Part shown: piece by piece, positions 36,717-51,098 of the stretch
Numbering within the stretch: the first letter of the stretch is position 1
Layout: each line of letters opens with the position of its first letter
Position numbers and translations under genes: made by a program
Notes under the pieces: model-generated
Told to the model about the DNA's origin: nothing
The model's input: only the letters and a program-made list of their open reading frames with translations
Databases searched by the model: none
Origin: Flaccisagitta enflata
Taxonomy: Eukaryota
DNA: 64,000 nucleotides
Reading direction: 5' to 3'
Assembly: GCA_965153355.1 (NCBI GenBank)
Contig: OZ231126.1
Coordinates: 47,182,001 to 47,246,000 of the forward strand

Positions 36717-36953
36717 GTTTTAGCCTATTTGTTGATCTGGCATTGACTAAAGTGGAAAAGAATTTAACTGAAGCACGAATTTCGTGATTAAGAGGATGCC
36801 CCGATGTAGAGGCTTAGACTAAGTCACTCAGTAAGTCAGCCAGAGAAACCGACAGAGAGAATCAGTTACAGAGAGACAGAAAAACACTGATTTTAATTTA
36901 AAAGAGCAGACACAAACATCAGGAAAAAGACAAATGCAGGAATACAGAAAGAC

Positions 36954-37199
<246 letters not shown>

Positions 37200-38779
37200 T
37201 AAGATTAACAAGTGAATGAAGAGGGCTGGCTAGCTGGCTGGCAGTTGGAACCGTTTGTTTCTGTACTCCCGGTCAGTTCCAAATGTCGCCAATCGGCCGG
37301 TTCAACTTATATTCGAAAATTTGCCAAGCCGAAAGGCGCTAAGTATTTTCGCAACCTGCACAGAATATAACATTGTGAAAGAGCCTGTACATTCTTTCAC
37401 TGCTCGTTGGCGTTGTTTTCTTTCTTTTTCTCCCTTTTTTGACAGCGACTGCCAACTTGGCCGGAGTGCCGAGGAATTGAGTCAAAGAGATAAAATCGAC
37501 ATAGTCACTCTGCATTTTAAATTTTGGTCCTCACTGCACCTGCCCAAATGCTCTCATGACCTTGCTGTCCCTGCCTATATCCACTATCTGTTTGTCCGAC
37601 ATTTTGTGAAAATGCCGACGCACGCGACTTAGGTCTAATGACCTTCTTTTCTTTCCATTCTTTTATTCATGATGCCACAGAGAAGCTATAATTACTTTGG
37701 TACTGAGTTTGAGACCTTAATCTACTATACCTTTGTTAATAATAGAAACCAACTCACAAATTTCTTTCTAGTCGCATGCATGGGGCTCATCAACCCACTA
37801 TGTCAGTCAGTCAGTCGGTTGGTCCATATTTTCTCGAGATAAAAAAAAAACAAACAAAAAACGCTTAATACCATGAGCGATACCATGGAAGCTCATGCTG
37901 AATACGATTAGCCAATTAAAGACACTTTTTTACTGCATATTTTTATACTTAATTGCTGGGTCATTTGATAAGATTTTTTTCTGAAAAAATAATTGTTGCC
38001 AGGCTTTGTATATTATGCTTCTGAGAAATGTGTGTAAGTGATGCTTTCTTAATGGGAAAAATGAAGTTGTTAGCATGTTTGCATCTGTTGCAAGTGTTGC
38101 ATTTTAAGGCGTGGATTGTAAGAGGCTTCGTCCGTCCGTTCGTCAATCAATTCAATCTGTGCCTCCATGACGTACAATTAAACAAGTCATACAAGGATCG
38201 CGCATGCTCAGCAGCACCCATTGCCCTACTTGTGGGGGATCAGCTGAGGTTGTGGAGTAGGAGCAGGGCAGCAACCCCAAAGGGCCAATGTCCTATGGAA
38301 CACATTTTGAATGAATTTTCTTAGTTGGTTGATAAGGCTGGAATGCGATTAGGAACTTGGGCTTAGGGCTTGAAAAGCCAGATATGGGCTTAAGGGTTAG
38401 ATTTGGGCTATTTAAAGGCCTGAAGAAAACTAAATTGAGGCCTAAAATGGCTTATTTAAGGCTTGATTATAGCTAAATAGAGGCCTGAGTGGGCTAAACT
38501 GAAGCCTTTGAGCATTTTCAAGACCTGAGAAGGCAGATTTGAAGCTTGAGATGGTAGAGGGTTGAGAGGAGAGTTCTGAGATCAGAGGTTTTTCGGGGCT
38601 ACTGCGAAAAAAAGAGCTTTTCTGTGAATGGCAGTATTGACAGCGTAGCCTGCCTCGAGGAATGCCATGGTCAGACTGAGTGAGGCTTGGGTAGTGAAAG
38701 GGCAAGGGACCAGGGGTTACAATAATCAATAACGTTATGGATTGGGGGCAGAAGCAGAAATGCGCGTCTTCTCATTTTT

Positions 38780-39062
38780 AGATGCGTCCGTCAGGAACGC
38801 ATCTCTATAAGAGGGTCTGTCCGTCCGTCCGACCGTCCGTCGGTCCGTCCGTCCGTCGGTCCGTCCATTACGCCTGTGCAAGAACCGCGTTTCTCGGCTG
38901 TTTTAGGCCACGATGAGATCCTACACTGAAACAAATAATCGACCAACATGTTTTGAGAGTCTTTTCACCCGTCTGTTCGTCCATCTGTCTCTCCATACAT
39001 ATGTAACATGATCAATACACGCTGAGACACAGCCCGGACGCATCTTTGCCCGGTCGGGCTTG
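38780..39062 (+). mobile_element. HINE-like element (AGATGCGTCC family)
   Basis: agatgcgtccgtcaggaacgcatct palindrome, (CCGT)n, ggacgcatct subterminal repeat, gcccggtcgggc hairpin. Confidence 0.8.
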
Positions 39063-39270
39063 TTTTTCAACAGACAGGTGATTGATGGCTCTAATATGTC
39101 TTCCATGTCCACAACTAGACAAAATATGCGCTTTTGATATTCACATAGGTGTGAACTCATTCAGGTTACAAAATTATCCAAACACCTAAGCACTTGACGC
39201 ATTTTTGCTACTTGGATGCTATGGAAATGTCTTTTTTATTCTGAGTAACTTTGAGATGTATCCCTTTTTT

Positions 39271-39433
39271 AGTTGCGGTCACGCAACTCTATAAGAGGCT
39301 TTGTCCGTCCGTCGGTCGGTCGGTCGGTTGGTTGGTTGGTCGGTCCGTAGAGGTGATCGAGTCGAAAAGTAGGAATACGCTCTTTTCCGCCCCTGCCCAC
39401 CCGTCCGCAACTGGTAGCCGTGTATCCGGCCTT
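39271..39433 (+). mobile_element. HINE/DINE-1-like element (AGTTGCGG family)
   Basis: Same architecture as 16121-16271. Confidence 0.85.
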
Positions 39434-41512
39434 GTTAACTTTTGAATACCTTGACGGCATTAATTCAAGACATCCCAGATAAATGCAGTTGAGAAGTGCG
39501 TCTTTATGGTCCAACTGTCGGTCCGCGCCCGTCCATCGGTCGCATTTGTTCAATTTTTTTTTAAAAGCGTCGAATTGGGAGTAATGATATAGGTTGAAAA
39601 ATGTTTAAAAAATACTAGAAATGTAAGGGTTAAAAAAGTGTCCGTATGTCTGTCTGACTTTTTCTGAGAGTGCCGATGCACGAGACGTCGCGTCGGTCTA
39701 ATGGCCTTTTTTATTAATACGCGCGGTAAAAAATCTCATGAGAGCTAATATACACACCAGAGAGAAGCGATGAAAAAGCGCGGTATATATTCCCGTTACG
39801 ATTCCACAATCGCCTTATCCTCTTAGTCCGGCCATGGGATATTAGTACGCGTTGATGGGGACACGTAAAACCCTTCGTATGATGTTATATGCCTTCCTTT
39901 GTTGAACCGAAGGGAAAAAAGTTGTCCCCGGGCTCGGAAATTTTCGGCGGAAAAAGAGGATGAAGTCGACCTTCAACGAGGACCAAAAGTTAGTGGAATA
40001 GAGTTCCAATGATGAGTCACAAGAAAAAGGAAAACGAAGAGAAAGGTAAAAAATGGAGGAAGAGGAAGAGAGGGGATAGGGAAGAGATTTTCGACTAAAT
40101 CTTTAAAAGAAAAAAAAAACTGAGTGGGATTAAAAGGAAATACAAAAAAAATTAGAAGCAGCGATGGTTTTGCGGCTTAAAAGTAGGAGAGCGGTACGTC
40201 AATCGACGTGAAGACACTTTCCAGATTTACAATGGCAATCTGCCTCATTGAACTAAAGGAGTCACACGTATTCATCACATCAAACAATTACAGACCTCCA
40301 TCTCGAAAGCATGAGTACAACGGAAATCCACTTAAAAGAGATAAACTATACTTCATATATCTTTCATATAAAAAATCCTTCATATAATGGTGCATATGAA
40401 TATAAAAATGCATATATGCATATAAAAATGCATATATGCATATAAAAATCCTTCATATACACTTTTTTTTTTCAAAGAACCTAGTTTATAAGAACATCAA
40501 GGCTTTGAATGGCCCCAAAATTAAGTACATATGAAGGCTTCAAATCTTGAGAAAAAAAATTTCATTTAAGGTAGTATCTGAAAAACATTAATAAAACACT
40601 TGAATTTTAGTAAAATTAAGATGATATTTCATGATTTTTTTAATGTGGTTACTAAGAAAACACCCCCAGACTTAAATGATTAGCATTTGCTTTGACAGTA
40701 TCAAAAAGAAATATATATAGTACAATTAAGAAATAGTATAAGGTTTCCTATAGTTTATATAGTATTTTAAATTAAGAACGCTCTAAGAACGATGAAAGCT
40801 TCATTTGGCTTAGAAAATAAGAACATGAAGCCTTGGAAAAAAAAATGACGTTGTTATAAAAAAAAAAAAGTGTTGGTGCAAAAAAAAAAAAAAATTGCTT
40901 CAAGGAATAAAAACATCACTTTAAACTGATCTATCCTTTGTGACTAAAGAAGTATTAAAAATAGTATTATCATATTATCATATTATCATAAGAGCAAAAA
41001 AAAGTTAAATATTTGTTTTTGTAATTATTTAAGTGACTTTCTTATCTTAGCACACTATGCCAAGGGAGGGAAGTTATACCGACATGAATGCAGCCCACCA
41101 AAGCAAATAAACTGCATCTATAGCGTAAGTAAAACTAATAACAAAATTCAAATTTTTTAGCATATCCATTTGAAAGAGTTTTATAAATCCTTTTTGTTTT
41201 TTCTTTTGTTGCCTGAATCTGTATTCTTCCTACTGCCCGTTATCTCTCTTTTGTACTCGCTACACTTACCGAGTGAATAAATGTTATATACCAGTAATGG
41301 CGGCTGTCGCCGTGAGGAAAAAAGCATTGATCGTTTTCAAACTTTTGTCTTCAGTCACTGCAATTTTTTTCATTTGTTAGATCAAATCAAAAGCAATTGT
41401 ATGTATTGATTGCGCTGAAAATCAATAGAACTGAGCCGAATGAGCTAGATGAGCTAAAATACTCAAAATCACTCAACCAGATAACCAGCTATGATCACTG
41501 ACATGCTTTTTT

Positions 41513-42070
41513 GGGCAGCGGCCCAAAAGGGGTCGATGACCTATGCTTTCACACATATGGGGAATTTTTTCCGTCTCCTCCATCTGTACCCCCCCAGCTT
41601 TGAAGCCCAAATTCTAGTCCAGAGACCCAAATCCCAGTCTCAAAGCTCAAATCCTATCCAAAAGGCCCAAATCCTAGCCTCAAAGGCCAAAATCCTAGCC
41701 TGGAGGCCCAAATTCCAGCCTTTAGACCCAAATCTCAGTCTTTAGGCTCAAATCCCAGCTGTGAGGCCTAAAACTAAGCCTCAAGATTCATATCCCAGCC
41801 TAAAGGATGAGATTTGGGTCTAAAGGCTGGAATATGGGTCTCCAGGCTAGGATTTGGGCCTTTTGGATAGAATTTGAGCCTTAAGACTGGGATTTTGGTT
41901 TCGGGACTAGAATTTGGGCCTCAAAACTGGGGGGGGGGCGGAGGAGGAGGAGAAAATTCCCCATAGGTCATCGACCCCTTCGGGGCCGCTACCCTGCTTC
42001 CCCTTCAACTTCAAGCACAACCTACTAGGGCAGGGCACGGGTACCGCTGACCATCTAACGCTTTTGCAAC
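41513..42070 (+). mobile_element. GGGCAGCGGCCC HINE-like element with an internally inverted 20-bp array
   Basis: Termini match 35638-36405; 41600-41745 is inverted at 41810-41930. Confidence 0.8.
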
Positions 42071-43265
42071 TATTATAATTGCATGCTCAATCAAAACATT
42101 TATTCATCCTTTATAAAATCAGAAAAAAAGACTTAGCTAAATGAGCTAGAATACTTTAAAAAAATACGCCCTCATAGATGAGCAGCTCTGCTCACTGACA
42201 TGCTTTCTTATATCTGCTTGCTTAAACAAACATAAATACACTTCTTTAATGATCGTAAAAAATCATAAAAATTTTTTTTTAAAAATCTAATTTGAATTTT
42301 TCGTAAATAAATCTTTAAAAAATATTTGTCTCACGAGTAAGTTGAGTATTCTGCTTGGCGCCAAATGAAATGGATATCAAATTTACTAACCCTATCAATT
42401 CCATCGGAGACCCCCAATCAGCTGGATGAGTTCCTCAACTTTTGCTTAAGACAGCAAATTTTTGTGGAAAAAAAAAAGTGTTGTAATGGTGCAAGAATGC
42501 TTTCAAAGGATAAATTGTCTCTAAAGACACTTGGTGTATACATTTTTATCATATTTCGACCTCAAAAGTAATTTTAAGTATGCAATTCATATGAGAAAAG
42601 CAATTAAATCAAGGTTTTTGATAAAATTTTGCTTACATTTTTTTATTTGTTCTTGCCGTTGAAATTCTAAGAGTAAAATAAAGGGAAATTTTGCATTTTC
42701 AAAAACATAGTTCTCTCTGTAATCGATTTTGGAAGAGAAGTATGTCTTTTATTTTCTCATTTTTTCATTTTCTGTGCAATCTTAGAATTTCAACGGACCC
42801 CTTGTAAGGTACCAAAAATAGAATTTTTAATAATTTGCATTATATTTTGTTTATCAATTTTAGCTACATTTGTATCCATTACATGCTTTGATGCTAATAA
42901 TGCAAAAAAAAAAATTATGATATATCTCAATGATTATTTTAGTTTATTTATTCAGTTTCAATCATTTTAATTTTTGAATTTGGCTCCCACTGAAACACAA
43001 ATGTTGCCTTCGGAAGAACGCCGTCATAAGAAAAAGAAAACCATGTTTTCTCGTTCGAACATGTCAAAAAGTTGAAGACTGACTGACTTTTTTTACGATA
43101 AATGTTAAATTCACCCATCTGCAACGATATTGTGACCCCGCGTAACTTATTAGTTGAGAACCCAGGCATACCCGACCTCGTAACCAGGGGCCTGAGCCTG
43201 TATGGAAGGCCTAGAAATACTGAATATAGGTCCATGACCTTAAGTACACACTAGACACTACATAG

Positions 43266-43383
43266 TAGGGATGTGGAAGCGATTGACCGCTTCCATTTTG
43301 GAGGATGGGATAGCTACTAGTATTTGTACTACAAAATGGAAGCGGTGGAAGCGGCACTAAAATCGACCGCTTCCACATCCCTA
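43266..43383. mobile_element. 118-bp hAT-like mini element
   Basis: TIR tagggatgtggaagcg ... cgcttccacatcccta; 8-bp TSD ctacatag (right copy split by the next insertion). Confidence 0.85.
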
Positions 43384-43390
43384 CTACATA

Positions 43391-44350
43391 ACACCCCTGA
43401 CATAATTAGGCGAACTGGAGAAATGATCAAAATTGAGACTAAAAATACACAGGGATGTATATAGTTCTATGATCTTTGATTAATTTCCCCCCCCCCTGCC
43501 TTTGATTTTCTTCCCCGCGACGCGCCGTGTTGCGTTACAAAATCTATGATTTTCCTCCCCATATAGCAATAAAACAGTGTTTTTAAAGTTTAAATAGTGT
43601 TAAATTGTGTTTTACTAATCAGTTTTTATGATTTGGTACTGCCAAAAGTTTTATTTTCCCCAAATTTTCTTTTTTTCTCCTATTTCCCCCTTACATTTTT
43701 TTCCCCATCTCCAAACCCTTTGATTATTTTCCCCCCCCCCCACGGGGGGGGGAATGTAGAACAATATACAGGCCTGAAAATACATTGGGAAGGCTAAAAT
43801 TTGGAACAGAGATAACTCAGATATAGTACTCTCAAAAACCGAGGCCAAGTAGAGTATCTGCTCAATGGTATGGCCCTGGGAACGAGATATGCCAGAAATC
43901 TGGCACACAATTTTGACTGATTTTGAACCGGACAATTTTCTTTGAGGAGACGCCATAAACAAGTCTATTTTTTCAATATAAAATGGGAAAATAGCCATTC
44001 TCAGGTTGTTACATAACTTCCAGACAAAAATGAGGTTATGGCGCAAAAACATGAGGTTATGGCGCAAAAACAGAGTCAGTGACTGCCCTACAAAGTAAAA
44101 AAAACCCATAAGCAAATGATGGTTTCTCCATTAAATTTGGAACTCATATCCAAAAGACATCATCCTGAGCTATCAATGTAAAGAAGGCATCAGAAGCTTT
44201 TGGTTGGCACGAATTGGATATATTTTGAAGTTAACCTTACAGAAACAACATATTTCCAAGTTGTCTTCAAACATAGACCCTTTGCGAGCACAATTTAAGG
44301 TAATTATAGACAAATTCTGATCCCAGTTCGCCTAATTTTGTCAGGGGTGT
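43391..44350. mobile_element. TA-flanked TIR element
   Basis: acacccctgacataattaggcgaactgg ... ccagttcgcctaattttgtcaggggtgt. Confidence 0.88.
43450..43776. mobile_element. hAT-like non-autonomous element, nested
   Basis: cagggatgtatatagttcta ... tagaacaatatacaggcctg; exact 8-bp TSD aaaataca. Confidence 0.85.
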
Positions 44351-45459
44351 TAGTTAACCTTGAACCGAGACATCAAAGGCAATGCTGAGAGTCAAGAGTT
44401 TTATGTCCTCTTTTTTCCTTGTTCCCATACAACTCCACTGCGTAAACACCCTTTCTATTTTGTCGCATACTTGTGACTCCATAAGAGATATTGTCCATTC
44501 GTCAGTCACGCTTTAATATGCTGCATTTAAGATAGTCTGTGTGTAGAAGGGGGTTACCCGCCCCTGCCCACCCACCCGTGTTACCTGTTTCATTTTGCGC
44601 GGAAAGCCCATGGCCCACAAAGCAGTGAAGCGCGTGATATTTCTTACATGGTACATCCGACAAAGCCAACAGCTACAATACAACTACACGCCTCTGCTGA
44701 CGCCCAATTCTGTAAGTTTAAAACGGGGGCGGTGATAAAATGCTTGGCACCGACTCCTAAAACGTCGAAACAAGCGTGTCTCGAGATTGAGATGTCTTGG
44801 AGATTTCGTCAATCTGAGTTCCAACGCAAATCTTTGACAAAGCTCCTCTCTCCACTTTTCCTTTCTCCCGGCCGTCGGGGACCAACGGAATGTCAGAGTC
44901 CCAAAGAGAAAACACTTTCTTTGCCTCTCTCTGCCTTTCATTTGTTCGACTCATTTTTTATGTAAAAAGTTGATTTTGATCAATTTTGTCAATTCCGGGC
45001 CAAGTCTCATAGACTAAAAGGAAGTCAGGGGAGGGACAGCATTGCAGCAATAAACATCGCCATGTTTAATTCGAACACAATCATGGTTCCAAGCGAAAGT
45101 GGTGTCTAGACAACATCCTGGGTAAAAGGAAAACGCTTAGGACGCGGGTGATAGAACTTCCTAACTTTATCTGCCATTGATTATTCATTTTTTAAAAAAC
45201 ATTTTTGAAAGAAGAAAAAAAAAAACCCTTAACCATCGAAGGGAATGACGAGGAGGAATATGTTGGATAGTTAAACAGAGCGGTCCTTTTTAATCCCCCC
45301 TCGGCCGCGTACGAGACCACATTTCTGTCGTCGCTTTTTATGATTTCCAAAAAAATTTCAGGAAGCGGTGATCAACTTTTTAGCCCCCTTTCACATTAGA
45401 AGACTCGGGCTACGCCGCCACCCTTCCACCTTCTCTTTGGTAACCACGTCTCCTTTTTC

Positions 45460-45523
<64 letters not shown>

Positions 45524-45650
45524 TGTAGGGAGAGAGAGATATGTAGGGAGAGAGAGATATGTAGAGAGAGAGATATGTAGAGAGAGAGAGAGATATATGT
45601 AGAGAGAAAGATATATGTAGAGAGAGAGATATGTAGAAAGAGATATATGT

Positions 45651-45846
<196 letters not shown>

Positions 45847-47379
45847 AAGATGATGACGGATCCCAAAAAGGGTTGATGGGAGATGAGAATTGCTATACAT
45901 CACAGCCTGGGAAAGAAAAATGATTATGCGTTATGGACATTATCACAGAAAAATGAGACCAAATCGCATGAGTCTTTTGCCCAACACGTCAATGTTTTCA
46001 ATGCATCAAGCCGGTCGAGAAAAATATAGTTTCGCTCCCAACAGACCATGTTCAAACTTATTTATCCCATTAATTTCCTCTAGACTACTGCATGATTGTC
46101 ATTTCACAATTTACAACGTTTCCCTTCTAAGTGTGCCAATTACTAACCCATATCCAGTTATCCAATCCACTTCAAAATAAAAATCCTTAAAAAATCTTAG
46201 ACACAATTTCCGCATTGGCAGCTACCTCGCTCGATGGTCGTTCTAGAGATGCGTGGCCACAAAAAGATGGGGAGAGGGGGCAACGTATGGAGAGAGGGAA
46301 AGATGGAAAGACAGAGACAGAGATTCGTGGGAATGACGGGACAAGGACAGAGCAGGCCAATCAAAATCCAAAGGATGGCGAATGAGCAAATCAGTTCGGC
46401 AGAATTGATATTCGTTTCTTTTTCTGGCAAAATTCCCTTTCCTTATCTAGATCTTCCCCCTCTCGGTCCCCGATCCTCGTCTTCCTCTTCCCGACGAAAG
46501 AAAATTGTACCAGGTTTCCGCGGGCACAAGAGGGACAGCCCTGTCGAACGATGACTTTCGTCGCCTACTTCATCATCAACCACTAATTATTGATGAAAAG
46601 AAGTCTTAATGCCATAAGGAAAATCAACGATCGAGGTTAAGATTCATTTTATAAGTAGTACATCATAAAGGCTGTTTCTATAATCTCCTTTTTGAGAGAT
46701 GGCCAAATAGGTCAATTTCAAAATTGAGAAAATTTGTCAAAAACATTCATAATCAGATAGCTCATGTCAATATGAACATGGTTCAAAAACTGAATTTTGT
46801 TACTGATCCTTGATTTTCATGTAAATTAGGCTGAAATGCAACAAATAATGATCGAAAATAAGCAAAAATTGAGTTGTTAAAGTCCGCAAAACCAAAAAAA
46901 TGGGAATATTTTACTAAATCACAGTTCAAGAATTCAATCAGACCCGATTCTGCTGAAAAAAAATTGAGATTTCAATTTTTTTTGAAAATTCTCTATAAGC
47001 AGCTTTTTTGGCTGGTTGGGCCAGTTGGCAAAAATTTACTGAATCTTTCTGTAACGATTAATTTAAGTAGGCATTCTCTGAAAGAACCACTGTGCAAAAT
47101 TTCAGCTAAATCGGACAAATGTTTTAGAAGTTATGCCGTTTTTTTAAATTTTTGGGTGGTAGGCTGGTTGGGCTGGTTGGGTTGGTTAGATATGTCCCAG
47201 ATGCACCAAATGCTCTGTTCGTAATAGTTTAAGTACAGTATTGATCCATGCAAAAAATCTTTTGTCTCTCTCAAAGGGTTTCCAAGATATGGGCATTTCC
47301 TGATTTTTTTGGTTTACCATTTTGCTGTAAGTGCATATATGCGCCGATAACAAAGAATTAACTACGAAGATTCATCTTG

Positions 47380-47608
47380 AAGCGTGATTATTCTGCAACA
47401 ATTTACTGGCCAATCACATTGAAAATTTCATTATGGCTGAATGCCCGGGAGTTAAGACTTTCAGTGTATACGCAAAATTTCATGCTCTTTCTCATCGTGT
47501 TATCCAAATTTCCATCATCAGTTTCACAATGGCGTGACAGTGACAGACTTAAAGGGTGACATGAGCGTGACAGAAGAGCTGGGGGGGTGTGCAGAATAAT
47601 CACGCTTA
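47380..47608. mobile_element. Small TIR element
   Basis: aagcgtgattattctgca ... tgcagaataatcacgctt. Confidence 0.65.
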
Positions 47609-49414
47609 AAGAAAAGTGTCATTACGTGGGATTGGGGTGTCACAGTGGCATGAAATTTGGAGCGTATGTCCTTCAAGCAGTCCTCTATTAGATAGAAACC
47701 TGAAAAGTGATTAACTTTGAGAATTTATAGTGTTTTAAAAAAAGATAATCGGCATACTCAGATTTTGCCATGAAATAGCAAAAAAATTAAAAGGATCAAA
47801 ATTTGATGATAATACAATATTTGAACCACTTAGCATTTGCGCAGTAGGATGAAATTTTTTGTACATCACATCGGAATGATGATAACTGATTAAAAGCTGA
47901 GAAATGATCAGATAATCTATTTTTGATAGGTTTTGCTTGTTATTTGCTTGTCCGGACAAAATCCGGACATGCCAATGTGGCCAATTTGACCTAATTTTTA
48001 CTACCCCTAGGGGTAGGGGTAGTCACAAAAAATGGTTTGGCAAGGTAATCCAGGTAGTTAGGAAGGTCATCCAACTATAAAAACTTAGACATTGCGGTAA
48101 CACTGTTAACGTGGTGGTGAGTCGGGTTCTCTCGTCGAAAAGAGATTGTGACATTCGCCTAAAATATACATTATGCATGAAGCAATATCATACATATATC
48201 AGTTTGCCTATTATATCAATTAAGTATCCCTATTTCATGATTACTTTATTGAACATGAATATGAATATTTTTACGGTAGTACACAGTCATGAACATGAAT
48301 ATTTTTACGGTAGCACACAGTCAACTTTTGAAATAACCCGGAGTTTGAAAAAAAAACCCTGATAAAACCCGGGTTTTTAAAAAAAAACGTTTTTTCCAGT
48401 TTTTTTCTTCAAAATTTTGGTTTTTTTCACATTCCCTGCTAACGGCGTGGTCTAATGGCGAGGTCAAACGGCGTTGTCGTATGGCGTTGTGAACAGCACA
48501 GCCAAACGGCATTGTCAAACAGCACTGTCAAACGTTTTGTCAAATGGCGTTAACAGTCTACAAAGTTTCAACCAAATCAGTTAAGTTGTCATGATTTGTA
48601 GCATTGGAAACACCTCCCACTAACTACCAAATATCGCGCCTCTGAAATGAAAGGCTGACCAACAAACAAGGCTGATAGAGATGAGCGTTGGTGCACTCTA
48701 TGAGTGCCCATTGGACATTTCAATTCATTCTTTTTAGTTACGGACACGCAACTATATAAGAGGATTTGTCCGTCTGTTGGTCCATTGGTACGTCGGTCTG
48801 TTGATCCATAGTTCCGTCGGTCCGTCCATCACGCTCCAGTTGAAAATGCAAAAAAACGCGCATTTACGACGCTACAGCTGTCATTGAATGTGTGCGTGTG
48901 TTAGTATGTGGGGAGGGGGTTGGGGTGAGGCTGCGTCACTTGTTCCCAAATAAACAACTACCGAGCGAGGAATCGAATGCACAAATGGAAACCACTTTGG
49001 GTGGCGACAAGGGAGAATGCAGGGAATCTTTAGGATTCCCGAGGCTTTACGGAGGAGACAAAGAAGCAAGAAGTCAAAAGGTTAATATCTTTGGCAATGA
49101 CGTCAATTGGCCAAGAACGTTGGCTCCCTAACATAGCTCCTCCATCTCTTGGATAAACTTAAAACTTTTGGAGGAAAAAAAGTATGACCGTGAAAGATTT
49201 TTTCCGGTGATGGTGATGCGGTCAAGGCCAGTTGATACTTGCTCTTTCGCAGATATAAAGTCAAATCGGTTTTGGAGGAGAAAGGGAAATTGACCTTTTG
49301 TTTTTCGGCTGAACAATACTTTCGCGCGGTGGGATTTGGCTGTGGTTGTGAGTTGCTTTAGCAATTCACTTTAACATCACCCCATGACTATTTTTTTTTC
49401 TTTTTCCTTCTTCT

Positions 49415-49645
49415 TTCTAGGCTTTTGTATCTCTGCCATCTTTCCCTCATGTAGGGTTTTGTATCTCTACCATCTTTCCCTCATATAGGGTTGTGTATCT
49501 TTGCCGTCTTTCTTTTACACTGGGTTTTGTCTCTCTGCCGTCTTTCCCTTACACTAAGTTTTGTCTCTGCTGTTTTTCCCCAACATCGGGTTTTGTCTCT
49601 CTGCTGTCTTTCCCTAACACTAGGTTTTGTTTCCGTGCCATCTTT
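49415..49645. repeat. Degenerate minisatellite of about 32 bp (tagggttttgtatctctgccatctttccctca)
   Basis: About 7 diverged tandem copies. Confidence 0.75.
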
Positions 49646-50264
49646 CTTTTATGTTGTTTCTATCAATTTTATGCTATTTTAATTTTATGCTATTTTTCTT
49701 TATATTTAATCATTTTATTAATATGAAATAATTTATTTTAAATGAACATAGTGTATCTAAAACCTGCAATTCACATCTTTTGGCGACAGCCACTGGTTAA
49801 CGTTTTGGGTTGGGTTAGGGATAGGTTAAGGGTCAGGGGTTAAGTAAAGACTGTAAAGTTTAGGGGAGGGGCAGGTTTGGGTCAGGGGTTAAGTAAAGTT
49901 TAAGGGAGGGGTTAGGGTAGGATTAGGGGTAAGGTTACAGTTATGGATTTGTGAAAAAAAAAACAAGTGCACAAACACAGTGAGGCGTTCGGACAAGATA
50001 ATGCAGTGGGAAAAATCAATAAACTGATCTTCTTTAAAATAATAATAATAATGATGATAATATTTTTTTCTCTTTGATGAATTGTTTATCTGCTTCTTTA
50101 GTAAGCTATGTTTATGTTTTGATATCTAAGTCTATACTTATATCGGGTGTTCGAATAAAAATTGTAGAAGTTTTCTGTAGAATATGCACACTATAAAGCA
50201 TGTAGAGACCCAAACAACAAGAAGATCTACACTTCTGCGGGGCTCAATTTAGGCATTCGAATGA

Positions 50265-50555
50265 AATATAATTTTCAAGCACTTTTCATGTTCCATTTGC
50301 ATATTAAGAGCCTAATTTCATCGGAAAATTGATTTAGACCTGATCTAGGCACTCCGTCACCAATGCTGTTGTTGTATAGAATTAATATGGAAGAAATTTT
50401 TCACATTACTCCATCAATCAATTCTACACAACTACAGCATTGATGACGGAGTGCCTAGATAAAGTCCAAATCGATTTTCCAAAGGGCTCTTGACATGCAA
50501 AAGGAACAAGAAAAGTGCTTGGACATAATGTTTCTTTCAAATACCCAATTTGTGC
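50265..50555. repeat. Long imperfect inverted repeat (probable MITE remnant)
   Basis: atctaggcactccgtcaccaatgctgt ... acagcattgatgacggagtgcctagat and outer aagcacttttc/gaaaagtgctt. Confidence 0.75.
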
Positions 50556-51098
50556 CTAATCTACTCTGGAGGTGTCTCTGAAGAACTGCTGTGTCGTATT
50601 CATATTCGTGCATGAGTAGTTTCAACTTTTATCTCTTTGGGTGTGTGCACTTTGTGCACCTTCTACAGTTCAGGACTATCAACTAAAAGTGACTTTTATA
50701 TCCAACTTTTCACGCCTCGAGTCTAGCGATCGAAAATGATAGAAAGATCGTCCTACCTTCAATTAACGATAGTTAGAATATTGAAAATTATCATGGTCAC
50801 ATAAAATGGAGACCTACACAATTGTGTCAAGTTAGAGTTGTATTTCCTGTGTCATCACCAGTAAGGAGAAAGCAGTAACAAAACTGCTTCATTACCATGA
50901 GAGATACTGTATTACAATTAAGTTCTGTTAAATAAACCCCAGTGTCTAAGAGAAGCCACTATTATTTTGTTGCGCAACCAATATGGAGTCATCGTAAAAA
51001 TCGAGGATGAACACGAATCTAGGAAAACGCCATCATGAAACCCGACCGACTCGAGCGAGCATACGATGAACGGATGGATTATTCATTTTACTTGTATA

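Larger units (their letters stand above)
34428..36745. mobile_element. Degenerate hAT-like element, nested
   Basis: ctaagccggattgac ... gttgatctggcattg; flanks gctaaagt/actaaagt (7 of 8 match). Confidence 0.5.
33597..36802. mobile_element. GG-ended TIR element with 8-9 bp TSD (Merlin- or MULE-like) holding nested insertions
   Basis: gggtctatccactgaatcacgaa ... ttcgtgattaagaggatgcccc; gatgtaga(g) on both sides; internal tccactgaagc repeats. Confidence 0.7.
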
